Assembly (NCBI GenBank): GCA_016176525.1
Contig: JACOWZ010000003.1
Location: forward strand, 192,001 to 256,000
Direction: 5' to 3'
Length of the DNA stretch: 64,000 nt
Origin: Candidatus Colwellbacteria bacterium
Lineage (GTDB): Bacteria > Patescibacteriota > Minisyncoccia > UBA6257 > Colwellbacteraceae
Shown: piece by piece, positions 29,265-38,830 of the stretch
Layout of the letters: the number at the start of each line of letters is the position of its first letter
Position numbering within the stretch: position 1 is the first letter of the stretch
Notes under the pieces: generated by a model
What the model was told of the DNA's origin: nothing
Seen by the model: the letters and a program-made list of their open reading frames with translations, nothing else
Databases searched by the model: none
Program-made: the position numbers and the translations under genes

Positions 29265-30950
29265 TTATACCCCAACCCGCCACTCAATGGGGCCTGTAAC
29301 TTTTTCTACTTCTTCCAAGGTTGTAACGCCGGAGAGATATTTTAATATTCCGTCCGCTTGCATACCCACAAACCCGTGCGTTAGTGCAATTTTGCGTATA
29401 GCAGACTCCGATGCATCACTTTTAATAAGCTCTTCGTATTCTTCGCCGAATTCCAAAAATTCAAAAACACCGACTCTGCCTTTGTAGCCACCTGTACACT
29501 TTGCGCACCCCACAGCTTTATATAATGCGGGCGTTTTAAACGACGGGGCTAAATATTTTGGCAAGGTTTTTATAAAACTTTCTATTTTCTTTCTATCTCC
29601 TTCTGAAAATTCCGCTTTTACTTTGCAATTTTCGCATAGTTTACGCACAAGCCGCTGGGCGATAACAAGCGTAAGCGAGGGGCCTAGCACAGATGTTTTA
29701 GCACCCATATCTATTAAACGGGGTATTGCGCCCATAGCATTGTTTGTGTGGAGCGTTGAAAAAACCAAGTGTCCAGTTAACGATGCATTTATTGCAATTT
29801 CCGCTGTTTCTTTGTCGCGAATTTCGCCGACTAATATCATATCTGGGTCTTGCCGCAATATTGAGCGCAGGCCGGACGCAAAAGTGTAGCCAGCACCATT
29901 GTCAACTTGTGTTTGCTGAATACCGCTTAAGTGGTATTCAATTGGGTCTTCAACTGTTATTATTTTTAACTCCGGGTTTGCAACAGATTTTAAAAACGCG
30001 TAGAGAGTTGTTGTTTTACCACTGCCGGTGGGGCCGGTCACCAAAATCATTCCATTAGGGCGTTTTATTTCTTTTTTGGCAACATCCTCTAAATCTTTGC
30101 GCAGGCCTAATTGCGTGAGAGTTATTGAAATAGCGCTGGGGTCAAGCACCCGCATAACAACCGCTTCGCCAAATTCAGATGGAATAACAGAAAATCTTAT
30201 TTCAATATCACTCCTACCTACACGCACTGTAAAACGGCCATCTTGTGGAGCATCAGTTATGTTGATTTTTAATCCAGAGAGAAGCTTCATCCTATTTAAA
30301 AGAGTTCTGTAGCGCTCTTTGGGTAGGCGCCAAGCATCATATAACACGCCGTCTATCCTAAAACGCATAAGCGCATCTTCTTCTTTTGATTCAAAGTGAA
30401 TGTCTGATGCGTGAATTGCAAGAGCCGAAGCGAGCACAACGCCAAGCGTATGAGTGGTTGAGTCTGTCTTTGAGGCGCCGCCATCCAAAACACGCTCTAT
30501 ATCTTCTACTTTCGCAACTGCCTTTTTTAGATCTCCAAACTCGCCCTCGGTTATATCAACCCGCGAGACGAGCTCCGGCAAATCACGCGAAAGTTCTTTA
30601 TATCTTTTTAAACCCCTTTCAAGAGAAGATTGGGAACAAACAAAAACCTGTACAGAATATCCTTTAGACTCCAGCCCTTTTATTACTTTCATAGCCTCTT
30701 TAGATTTTGGTAGAATTGAGGCAATTATTGCATCCTTGCCTTTTAGCTTAAAAGGGACTAAGTTTGCCGACTTTGCTATATCTTCCGGCGCAAGTTTTAG
30801 GGCGGATAAATCCGTAGGTATAAAATCTAAATTAACATAAGGAAGATTTAGGGTTTCTGCCAAGCGCTTTGCTTCGCGCTCCTCGCCTTCGCGCCGCATT
30901 ATTGCAAGCTTTTGCGCAACAGCATCAGACGTGTTTGTAAACTCAGGCAT
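29265..30950 (-). CDS. pilB: Type IV pilus assembly ATPase, PilB/GspE family
   Basis: ASDIHFE, PQDGRF, GPTGSGKTTTLY, EDPIEY, LRQDPD, GHLVFSTLHTN, CxxC...CxxC. Confidence 0.92.
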   Translation of the reverse strand: MPEFTNTSDAVAQKLAIMRREGEEREAKRLAETLNLPYVNLDFIPTDLSALKLAPEDIAKSANLVPFKLKGKDAIIASILPKSKEAMKVIKGLESKGYSVQVFVCSQSSLERGLKRYKELSRDLPELVSRVDITEGEFGDLKKAVAKVEDIERVLDGGASKTDSTTHTLGVVLASALAIHASDIHFESKEEDALMRFRIDGVLYDAWRLPKERYRTLLNRMKLLSGLKINITDAPQDGRFTVRVGRSDIEIRFSVIPSEFGEAVVMRVLDPSAISITLTQLGLRKDLEDVAKKEIKRPNGMILVTGPTGSGKTTTLYAFLKSVANPELKIITVEDPIEYHLSGIQQTQVDNGAGYTFASGLRSILRQDPDMILVGEIRDKETAEIAINASLTGHLVFSTLHTNNAMGAIPRLIDMGAKTSVLGPSLTLVIAQRLVRKLCENCKVKAEFSEGDRKKIESFIKTLPKYLAPSFKTPALYKAVGCAKCTGGYKGRVGVFEFLEFGEEYEELIKSDASESAIRKIALTHGFVGMQADGILKYLSGVTTLEEVEKVTGPIEWRVGV

Positions 30951-30962
30951 TTATAAAATAAT

Positions 30963-31059
30963 AATACTAATATACGAATTGTACTAATGATACTAATAGT
31001 TAACGAATGAATTCATTTGTATTATTCGTTGCATTCGCATGCATTCGTAGATTAGTATT
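30963..31059. repeat. Palindromic intergenic element built of short repeats
   Basis: AATACTAATATACGAAT ... ATTCGTAGATTAGTATT (16/17 inverted repeat) with internal TACTAAT and ATTCG iterations. Confidence 0.6.
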
Positions 31060-31072
31060 ACACTTATATAAT

Positions 31073-31594
31073 ATGGCAGGGCATTCAAAGTGGCACCAAA
31101 TTAAACATAAGAAAGGCAAAGAAGATGCCGCACGTGCACGGGTGTTTTCTAAACTCGCAAATGCAATTTCGGCAGCAGCAAAATCTGAGCCTAATCCAGA
31201 TTTTAACCCAACGCTGCGCAGCGCCATAGAACGAGCAAAAAAAGAAAGCATGCCAGCCGAAAATATAGAACGCGCAATTAAAAGAGCAACCGAAGCAGGC
31301 AACTTAGAAGAAATATTTATAGAAAGCTATGGGCCGGAAGGCGCTGCTATAATAATTGAGGGATTAACACAAAATAAACCGCGCAGCATAAATGAAATTA
31401 AGATACTTATGGGTGAGCACGATATTAAATTAGCCGCACCAGGAAGTGTAAAATGGAGTTTTGCAAAAACCGAAGATGGATTTACCCCAAATTTTAAAAC
31501 TGATATATCCCAAGATGCAAAAGATAAAATTACAAAATTTATAGAAGCAGCAGAAGAAAGGGAAGACATTAATAGTGTTTATGCAAATATATAG
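31073..31594 (+). CDS. yebC: YebC/PmpR family protein, short form; start at MAGHSKW
   Basis: MAGHSKWHQIKHKK, NPTLRSAI, MPAENIERAI, ESYGPEG. Confidence 0.92.
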   Translation: MAGHSKWHQIKHKKGKEDAARARVFSKLANAISAAAKSEPNPDFNPTLRSAIERAKKESMPAENIERAIKRATEAGNLEEIFIESYGPEGAAIIIEGLTQNKPRSINEIKILMGEHDIKLAAPGSVKWSFAKTEDGFTPNFKTDISQDAKDKITKFIEAAEEREDINSVYANI

Positions 31595-31598
31595 ATAG

Positions 31599-32093
31599 AT
31601 GGTTATTTTAGGTATTGACCCTGGCACAACTCTCATTGGTTTTGGAGTAATTGAAAAATCAAAAAATGGGCTTGGCTTTGTAGATTATGGGGTTATAAAA
31701 ACAAAAGGCAATAATATCGAAAAGCTCAAGACTATAGACCAAGAAATCCAAAAAATATTAAAAGAATATAAACCTGAAGTTGCGGGAATAGAAACACTAT
31801 ATTTCTCAAAAAACCAGAAAACCGCACTTTTAGTTGCTGAAGCAAGGGGAGTAATACTCACAAACCTAGCCAAACAAAATATAAAAATAATGGAATTTGA
31901 CCCCACGAACGTAAAAGCCACGGTAGCCGGATATGGCAGAAGCGACAAATTAGGCATAAAAAGAGCAGTTGAGTTAACTTTAAAATGTGGAGAATTAAAA
32001 AAAGAAGACGATGCAATTGATGCTCTTGCTATAGCCCTTAGAGTAAGTTTTGAGAGGGGGGTGAATAAAGGGGTTGACATACTCAAAACCTGA
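31599..32093 (+). CDS. ruvC: Holliday junction resolvase RuvC
   Basis: ILGIDPG, IETLYF, EARGVI, GYGRSDK, DDAIDALAIA. Confidence 0.95.
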   Translation: MVILGIDPGTTLIGFGVIEKSKNGLGFVDYGVIKTKGNNIEKLKTIDQEIQKILKEYKPEVAGIETLYFSKNQKTALLVAEARGVILTNLAKQNIKIMEFDPTNVKATVAGYGRSDKLGIKRAVELTLKCGELKKEDDAIDALAIALRVSFERGVNKGVDILKT

Positions 32094-32135
32094 TATAAAC
32101 TTTGCTGAAAATAAGGTCGAAAAAGTAACAAATAA

Positions 32136-32297
32136 ATGGCAATAAAGACATCAACCCTATTGTCTGAAGATTTGCTGGAAAGCGACGAAAGTGAAGAAAT
32201 GGGCGAAGAGGAAGACGACGATGCAGACGAGGAAGACGACGATGAGGATGAAGATTGGGGCGAAGAGGAAGACGACGATGCAGACGAGGAAGAGTAA
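32136..32297 (+). CDS. 53 aa highly acidic peptide, not in the ORF track
   Basis: MAIKTSTLLSEDLLESDESEEMGEEEDDDADEEDDDEDEDWGEEEDDDADEEE; TTGACA-N16-TAAACT upstream and a terminator downstream. Confidence 0.75.
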   Translation: MAIKTSTLLSEDLLESDESEEMGEEEDDDADEEDDDEDEDWGEEEDDDADEEE

Positions 32298-32307
32298 CGC
32301 CTGACTC

Positions 32308-32343
32308 AAAGCAAACCCCCGCCTTGGCGGGGGTTTGCTTTTT
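32308..32343 (+). terminator. Intrinsic terminator after the acidic peptide
   Basis: AAAGCAAACCCCCGCC-TT-GGCGGGGGTTTGCTTT plus T-run. Confidence 0.85.
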
Positions 32344-32360
32344 GGGTAGACTATAGATTC

Positions 32361-34787
32361 ATGCAAAATATGATTGACCGCGTACGTAAATATTTACGTA
32401 AATACTTAAATAAATATTCAAAGAGGCAGTTAAAACAGTGGGCTGTACGCGCAGGGGTGGCTCTTGCAGCATTTGCTGTGTTTTTTGCAGCAACAGGAGC
32501 TCTCGCCTTTGCGTATTTTTCTTATACCTTGCCTCCAATAGAGGAAATCAATAACAGAAAAACTGCAGAATCTACAAAAATATACGATCGCACCGGCGAA
32601 GTTCTTCTTTACGAAATAAGAGGTGAAGAAAGGAGAACTATAATATCCTCCGAAGACATACCTGAATATATGAAACTCTCTACAATAGCCGCGGAAGACG
32701 AAAGATTCTATGAAAACCCAGCTTTTGACTGGCAAGGAATATTGCGCGGCATATGGGCAGGAGTTTCTACTGGGCGGTTCCAGGGCGGATCCACTATCAC
32801 GCAACAGCTTGCTAAAAATATATTCCTTGAACCTAAACGCAATATAAAACGAAAATTAAAAGAGCTGGTTTTAGCAATGCGGCTAGAACAAACCCACACA
32901 AAAGATGAGATACTAACTCTTTATCTCAACCAAGTTCCTTATGGAGGGAATATCTATGGCATAGAAGCAGCAACACAGGTTTATTTTGGCAAACCAGCAA
33001 AAGACCTTACGCTAAACGAGTCTGCACTTTTAGCAGCACTCCCAAAAGCGCCTTCGTATTATTCGCCATGGGGAGATAATGTTCCAGATTTAATTAGCCG
33101 AAAGAACACTATTCTACAAAAGATGTATACCCTTGGGTATATCGGCGAAGAGGAGAAAGAAGAAGCGCAAAAAGAAAGCCCAGAGATTATGCCAAGAACA
33201 AAAGCGGGTATAAAAGCGCCCCACTTTGTGGTTTATGTGCAAAATTACTTGCAAAATAAATATGGCGAGCAATTTTTACGTACGGCAGGCTTAAAAGTTA
33301 CAACCACGCTTAATTGGGAAATGCAGGAGCTGGCTGAAACTGCTGTAAAAGAAGGCGCAGATAGAAACACAGAACTATACGGCGGCAAAAATGCGAGCCT
33401 GATTGCGCTTGACCCGCAAAATGGCGAGATTCTTTCTATGGTCGGTTCGGCGGATTACTTTGATATAGAAAACGAAGGTAATTTTAATGTAGCGGTGTCT
33501 GGCCTAAGGCAGCCGGGCTCGGCTTTTAAGCCGTTTGTTTACACTGCCGCTTTCCAAAAAGGATACAGCCCCGAAACTATAGTTTGGGATGCAGAAACTG
33601 AATTTGATACAACAGGCGATCCGAGCCGTAGTTATAAACCGCAAAATTTTGATGAGAAATTCCGCGGACCAGTAACCTTAAAAGAGGGCCTTGCTCAATC
33701 TATAAACGTGCCGTCTGTTAAAGCATTCTATTTAGCTGGAATTGGGGATAGCATCAATTTAGCAGAGAATTTTGGAATTACCACTTTAAAAGACAGAGAA
33801 AGATTCGGGCTAACGCTTGTTTTAGGAGGAGGAGAGGTAAAGCTTATTGAACTTGCAAGCGCATACGGAGTTTTTGCCGCTGATGGTATGAAATACGAAA
33901 CAACTCCAATAATAAAAATTGAAACTGAAGGTGGCAGAATTTTAGAAGAGTGGAAACCCAAAGGAGTGAGTGTTATAGATCCTCAATATCCGCGGCTTAT
34001 AAACCAAATATTATCTGACTCTAATTTAAGGGCACCACTTTTCCAAGCTAGCGCCCCTCTTACAAGGGTTTCAGGCTACCAAGTGGCGCTAAAAACAGGA
34101 ACCACGAACAACTATATAGACGCTTGGGCGATGGGGTATGCGCCGAATTTAGTTGTAGGAGTTTGGGCAGGCAACAACCACAGAGAACCGCTGACGGCCC
34201 GCGGCAGCAGTATTCTTGCCGCCGTACCAATTTGGCATGATTTTATGAGCGTTGCTTTACCTATGCTTCCGCTGAAGACCTTTGCTAAACCGACATCCAT
34301 AGAACAGTCTAATATAGCTGTTGTGCGCGGAGAATTCCCACAAGAAGATAGAGACAACCCTCATTCAATTTTGTACTATTTATCGAGATTGGATGATCCG
34401 CAATTTGAAAACTGGGAGTTGGGCTTAGAAAGCTGGCTAAAATCGAACCCCGCTCCCGACTTTAGTAAATTTGCAGTTAGCGGGGTGGCAGAATCCTCGC
34501 TTTACCCCGCACGGCCTTTTATAAACCTAATCAGCCCAAAAAATGGCGAAGTGGTAGAGGGCAAGCTTTTAGTAGAGGCAAATATAACTAGCAAAGAATC
34601 AATTAGAAAGATTGAAGTATTTTTGAACGACACACTTATAGACTCCAAAAATGGAAATTGGGTAGATGATTATACATACAGGTCAAACTTTTCTACCAAC
34701 CTCTTACCAAAACAGAACAAACTGCGTATCGTGGTAACAGACGAATCTAAAAGAGAAGAGGTTAAAGAAGTAATATTTTATCTGTAA
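32361..34787 (+). CDS. Class A penicillin-binding protein (PBP1A family) with C-terminal Ig-like domain
   Basis: AAEDERF, GGSTITQQL, RKLKE (transglycosylase); GSAFK, SIN, KTGT (transpeptidase). Confidence 0.95.
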   Translation: MQNMIDRVRKYLRKYLNKYSKRQLKQWAVRAGVALAAFAVFFAATGALAFAYFSYTLPPIEEINNRKTAESTKIYDRTGEVLLYEIRGEERRTIISSEDIPEYMKLSTIAAEDERFYENPAFDWQGILRGIWAGVSTGRFQGGSTITQQLAKNIFLEPKRNIKRKLKELVLAMRLEQTHTKDEILTLYLNQVPYGGNIYGIEAATQVYFGKPAKDLTLNESALLAALPKAPSYYSPWGDNVPDLISRKNTILQKMYTLGYIGEEEKEEAQKESPEIMPRTKAGIKAPHFVVYVQNYLQNKYGEQFLRTAGLKVTTTLNWEMQELAETAVKEGADRNTELYGGKNASLIALDPQNGEILSMVGSADYFDIENEGNFNVAVSGLRQPGSAFKPFVYTAAFQKGYSPETIVWDAETEFDTTGDPSRSYKPQNFDEKFRGPVTLKEGLAQSINVPSVKAFYLAGIGDSINLAENFGITTLKDRERFGLTLVLGGGEVKLIELASAYGVFAADGMKYETTPIIKIETEGGRILEEWKPKGVSVIDPQYPRLINQILSDSNLRAPLFQASAPLTRVSGYQVALKTGTTNNYIDAWAMGYAPNLVVGVWAGNNHREPLTARGSSILAAVPIWHDFMSVALPMLPLKTFAKPTSIEQSNIAVVRGEFPQEDRDNPHSILYYLSRLDDPQFENWELGLESWLKSNPAPDFSKFAVSGVAESSLYPARPFINLISPKNGEVVEGKLLVEANITSKESIRKIEVFLNDTLIDSKNGNWVDDYTYRSNFSTNLLPKQNKLRIVVTDESKREEVKEVIFYL

Positions 34788-34793
34788 AAAATA

Positions 34794-35906
34794 TTACGTT
34801 TTTATAGGCATTACAACGTAGATATAAGAGTCGTCTTTTGGAGATTTTATAAGACCAGGCTTGTTGTTTCCGTTTAAAGACAAGGTTATTTCATCGCTAT
34901 TCTGTGCTTTAACCCCATCTAAAATATACTTTAAGTTAAATGTGATCTCGGAATCCTCACCTTTTATTTTGCAAGCTATCATATATTTGTTTTCTCCTAG
35001 TGAGTTATCGCCAGAATAGACTTCTAATGTCTTTTGGTTTTTAGTGCGCAGATTCACATCTTTTATACGCGAAGTAAAAGAGCTTGCAAGCTTTAGTGCG
35101 CTTAAAAGCTCTTCGCGCGGGAGAGTTATTTCTGTTTCAGAGCTTGAGGGTATTATTGCTTCGTAATCCGGAAATTTACCATCTATAACTCTGGAGATTA
35201 AATCAACATTCCCAGCAGAAATAAGCACTTGGTTTGCCTCTGCGTATAGCGTAACTTTGTCTTCTTCTGCAAACCTTATTATTTTTATAATCGCCTCAAC
35301 AGACTTTAACGGCAAGATTAAGTTGAAGCCCGTTTCTGGCTGTTCGTGAACGCCGCGATTTTTTATTTTCTCTTCCGCGAGGCGGAAGCTGTCTGTCGCC
35401 GCAATTTTTACAACTCCTGCTTCCGAGGAAAACAAGGCCCCGTTTATCTCTGGCCTCAAGTCGCTCGTTCCTGCGGCAATAACTACCCGTTCCAATGACT
35501 TTCCAAAAACATCTTTATCTAAAACAACTTTGTTTTTCTTTGACTCTAACTGAGGAATAATGGGGAATTCGCTCTTGTTTTGCCCTTGTACCAGAGCTTC
35601 ATAACTATCGGTTTGGATAATTAAATTATTTTCCCTGTTTTTAAGGTTTATTCGCTCGCTGGAAATATTATTAACTATACTTGAAAAAACGCCGTACGGA
35701 ACAGAAACTGCGCCGGCTTCAATTATTTTGCCGGAGAGCGCGCAGTTTATTCCTATTTCCAAATTTGTGGAAGAAACTTTTATTTTATTACCTTGGGTTT
35801 CCAGCAAAACATTTGCCGTCATCGGCACGTTTGGATTTACACCAACACCAGAAGTGAGCGCATCCAAACATTTTTTTATATTGCTTTTTAACACTACTAA
35901 CTCCAT
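34794..35906 (-). CDS. dnaN: DNA polymerase III beta sliding clamp
   Basis: STNLEIG, ATDSFRL, SRVIDGKFPDY, VVMPI; directly downstream of dnaA. Confidence 0.96.
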   Translation of the reverse strand: MELVVLKSNIKKCLDALTSGVGVNPNVPMTANVLLETQGNKIKVSSTNLEIGINCALSGKIIEAGAVSVPYGVFSSIVNNISSERINLKNRENNLIIQTDSYEALVQGQNKSEFPIIPQLESKKNKVVLDKDVFGKSLERVVIAAGTSDLRPEINGALFSSEAGVVKIAATDSFRLAEEKIKNRGVHEQPETGFNLILPLKSVEAIIKIIRFAEEDKVTLYAEANQVLISAGNVDLISRVIDGKFPDYEAIIPSSSETEITLPREELLSALKLASSFTSRIKDVNLRTKNQKTLEVYSGDNSLGENKYMIACKIKGEDSEITFNLKYILDGVKAQNSDEITLSLNGNNKPGLIKSPKDDSYIYVVMPIKT

Positions 35907-36049
35907 ATTAATTATTTTATTTATATAAACTTATGTTTTATTAATTATGTTAATTCTGTGAATTATACTCTATTTAAAAATTAACTTCCTGTTAATTAAG
36001 TGTTATTAATTTTTCCCGGTTTATTTTTATACTCATTTGTTTTAACAGT
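35907..36049. other. Candidate oriC part: AT-rich dnaA-dnaN intergenic region
   Basis: Very AT-rich; degenerate DnaA-box-like 9-mers (TGTGAATTA, TTATACTCA, TGTTAATTA). Confidence 0.5.
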
Positions 36050-37417
36050 TTATCCTAGTTTGTTTAACTCCTCTTTTATAGTTTCAAGTTTTCTTTGTAA
36101 ATTTGTGTCTTTAGGCAATTGGTCGCTTATTTTCTTGTGTGAATATATGGCTGTAGTATGGTCGCGGTTGCCGATTTTTGCGGCTATGTACGGGTAAGAC
36201 ATATTAAGCACGTTTCTTAGTATATAGATGGTTATTTGGCGAGGCTCTATAAGCTGCTTATTTCTTGATTTGCTGATTAGCTCATTCGGGGATATCTCAA
36301 AAAAGCTTGCAACTGTGTTTATGACTTGTGTTGGTGTTATGTTTGGCGCGGCTTTTTGGGTGATTTCGTTTATTATTTTTTCGACAATAGGTGCCGAGAG
36401 ATCTTTAGAATACGCGCTTTGGTGGAATACGAGCTTGTTTAGTATACCCTCTATTTCTCTTATGTTTTTTTGCGCCTTTTTGGCTATTAAATCTACTGTT
36501 TCATCGCTAAGAGTTACGCCACGCTCCTGCATTTTGGTTCTAATGATAGCAACCCTTGTTTCGTATTCCGGCAAACCTACATCTACCGTTATGCCGGCCT
36601 GGAATCTGCTTGATAGCCTTTCTTCAAGCGTTGGTATTGCTTTAGGCGGCCTATCAGAAGATATTATTATGTGTTTGTTGTTTTCGTATAGCGCGTTGAA
36701 TGTGTGGAAAAATTCTTCTTCTGTTTTTTCTTTTCCGCCGATAAATTGGATATCGTCAATTATAAGCACATCAATGTGCCTGTAGGCAGCTTTTATATCT
36801 TCCATCCTTCGGTTTCTTATTGCCCAAACAACGTCGCTTGTGAATTTTTCGGAACTTACATACTTTACCTTTACTTTGCCTCCGTATAACAACTTTATTT
36901 CGTTGCCCATTGCTTGTATCAGGTGAGTTTTACCCAAACCAACTCCTCCATATATGAAAAAAGGGTTATATTTAACCCCTACACTTTGTATTATTGCGCT
37001 CGCAGCATTAAACGCGAGCTCATTTGACGGCCCCACAACAAACGATCCCATAGTGTATTTTGGGTTTAGGTTTGTTTCGGGGTCTACCCGCATTTCTTGG
37101 AAGATTAATTGTTTCTTTTCTGCAGAAGCGCTTTGCGGTTGTATTTTGGGCCTTGCTTTTACCAAACTGCCCTCTACAATGTACTCAACTTTTTTAATAG
37201 AATCTTTATGTGTGCGGAGTGAGCCTAAAATAATTTTGTTGTACTTAGAGCTTACCCATTCTTTGGCAAAATGGTTTGGAAGAGCAACAAAAACGGAGCC
37301 TGCATCGTCCATTTTTGCCAGCTTGCTGTTTTTAAGCCAAGTTAAGAAGTTTGGCCGAGAAACTTGTAATTCCAACTCCCCTAAAACTGTTTCCCATAGT
37401 TCCTCGGCTGTTGTCAT
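36050..37417 (-). CDS. dnaA: Chromosomal replication initiator DnaA
   Basis: YNPFFIYGGVGLGKTHL, IDDIQF, EEFFHTFN, SDRPP, RDHTT. Confidence 0.98.
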   Translation of the reverse strand: MTTAEELWETVLGELELQVSRPNFLTWLKNSKLAKMDDAGSVFVALPNHFAKEWVSSKYNKIILGSLRTHKDSIKKVEYIVEGSLVKARPKIQPQSASAEKKQLIFQEMRVDPETNLNPKYTMGSFVVGPSNELAFNAASAIIQSVGVKYNPFFIYGGVGLGKTHLIQAMGNEIKLLYGGKVKVKYVSSEKFTSDVVWAIRNRRMEDIKAAYRHIDVLIIDDIQFIGGKEKTEEEFFHTFNALYENNKHIIISSDRPPKAIPTLEERLSSRFQAGITVDVGLPEYETRVAIIRTKMQERGVTLSDETVDLIAKKAQKNIREIEGILNKLVFHQSAYSKDLSAPIVEKIINEITQKAAPNITPTQVINTVASFFEISPNELISKSRNKQLIEPRQITIYILRNVLNMSYPYIAAKIGNRDHTTAIYSHKKISDQLPKDTNLQRKLETIKEELNKLG

Positions 37418-37439
37418 GCTTATAATCTTATTGATTTAC

Positions 37440-37610
37440 AGCCCCCAGTCAAATATCCACAATCTGTAGAAACTGTTAATTTATTGTGGAAAACATAGAC
37501 AAAGTCGCTCGGATAATGCGCCTAATGATTAGCGTGTTAAATAACTCCCCAAACCCAGGTTTATTGTGCTAATTTTAGATTACTATTGTGGTTTCTGTTT
37601 GGATATAGTA
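37440..37610. promoter_or_regulatory. dnaA-rpmH intergenic region with DnaA-box-like sites (candidate oriC part)
   Basis: ATATCCACA (37453-61) and TGTGGAAAA (37485-93), each 8/9 to TTATCCACA, plus weaker copies. Confidence 0.55.
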
Positions 37611-37621
37611 ATATTTCTTCT

Positions 37622-37774
37622 ATGTCGCGTACGTATAACCCTAAAAAGAAAAAGCGTTCCCGAACGCACGGCTTTTTGAAGAGAAAAAGAAGCTCTGGCG
37701 GAAGGGCTATAATGCGCCGAAGGCGGCAAAAAGGCAGAAAACGGCTTATTATTCCGGTAAAGAGAAGGCACTAA
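37622..37774 (+). CDS. rpmH: 50S ribosomal protein L34
   Basis: [21 protein letters not shown]...[10 protein letters not shown]. Confidence 0.96.
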   Translation: MSRTYNPKKKKRSRTHGFLKRKRSSGGRAIMRRRRQKGRKRLIIPVKRRH

Positions 37775-38103
37775 TGCTTGCCAAAAAATTCCGCTTGCCG
37801 GTAGGCTCTTTTCCTAAAAATATTAGGGCCGCGGGCAGTGGGGAATTTACTTCTCTAAGAGTTTTTCCTAACAAACTTACATATAACAGGTTTGGAGTTG
37901 TGTTTAAATCGGGCACAATAAAGTCTGCAGTGCAGAGAAACAAACTTAAAAGGATTGCGTTTGATTGGGCAACTAATTTTTTAGTGAGTAGTGCGAGTAC
38001 GGGGTACAAAGACGTGCTTTTAATATTTTATCAAGGAGTTCCCAAATTAAAAAAACAAGATATTATAAAAGAATTACAAAACTATGAGCGCTTTATTCAA
38101 TGA
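37774..38103 (+). CDS. rnpA: Ribonuclease P protein component
   Basis: RFGVV, SAVQRNKLKR (RNR motif); between rpmH and yidC. Confidence 0.88.
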   Translation: MLAKKFRLPVGSFPKNIRAAGSGEFTSLRVFPNKLTYNRFGVVFKSGTIKSAVQRNKLKRIAFDWATNFLVSSASTGYKDVLLIFYQGVPKLKKQDIIKELQNYERFIQ

Positions 38104-38830
38104 ACTTCTATATAGGCCGTTTTTAAATGCCTTAGTTTTTTTGTATGAAAATGTAACTTTCGGCGACTTGGGTCTTGCTATTATTGCATTGACTATTATT
38201 ATTCGCATTATTCTTTTTCCGCTTTTCCATAAATCTGCACACTATCAGAAAATTACTCAAAGCCTGCAGCCAAAGTTAAAGAAAATTCAGAAGGACCATA
38301 AAGACAATAGAGAAGCGCAGACAAAAGCCATGCTTGCCCTATACAGCGAGCATAAAATAAATCCGTTTACTCCAATTCTGCTTCTTATCGCCCAAATTCC
38401 TATTCTTATAGCCCTGTTTTTGGTTATAAAGGGGGGATTTTCTGAAGAAGCACTTTCTTCGCTTTATTCTTTTGTTCCGAGGCCGGAAGTTATAAACGAT
38501 AAATTTTTGGGTGTAGTTGATTTAACACAAATGAACATCTTTGTAGTTTTGCTTGCCGTTGCCGCGCAGTATATGCACGGCAAACTTACACTCTCTAAAA
38601 GAAAAAGTGGCGAAGAACCTAGTAAGGCAGAAGAGTTGGGCAGAAAAATGGTTTTTATGGGACCGGCGATAACATTTATAGTGCTCCTTAATTTCCCTTC
38701 TGCTTTAGGGCTTTATTGGCTAACTAGCACGAGTTTTTCGCTTATACAGCAGGTGATAGTAAACCGCCAGATAAATAAGAAAGTTGAGAACCACCAGATA
38801 CAAAATAGCCGCGAACGGCGTTTGAGCTAA
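38084..38830 (+). CDS. yidC: Membrane protein insertase YidC/Oxa1
   Basis: GLAIIALTIIIRIILFPL, LQPKL, QIPIL, PSALGLYW, QQ. Confidence 0.95.
   Translation: MSALFNELLYRPFLNALVFLYENVTFGDLGLAIIALTIIIRIILFPLFHKSAHYQKITQSLQPKLKKIQKDHKDNREAQTKAMLALYSEHKINPFTPILLLIAQIPILIALFLVIKGGFSEEALSSLYSFVPRPEVINDKFLGVVDLTQMNIFVVLLAVAAQYMHGKLTLSKRKSGEEPSKAEELGRKMVFMGPAITFIVLLNFPSALGLYWLTSTSFSLIQQVIVNRQINKKVENHQIQNSRERRLS

Noticed and set aside
32157-32366. 69 aa hydrophobic minus-strand ORF with a repeat
   Set aside because: Antisense of the acidic peptide; promoter and terminator orientation favour the plus strand.
32383-32400. 18 bp palindrome TACGTAAATATTTACGTA at the start of the PBP gene
   Set aside because: Single AT-rich occurrence in coding sequence; does not match the dif layout and has no other support.
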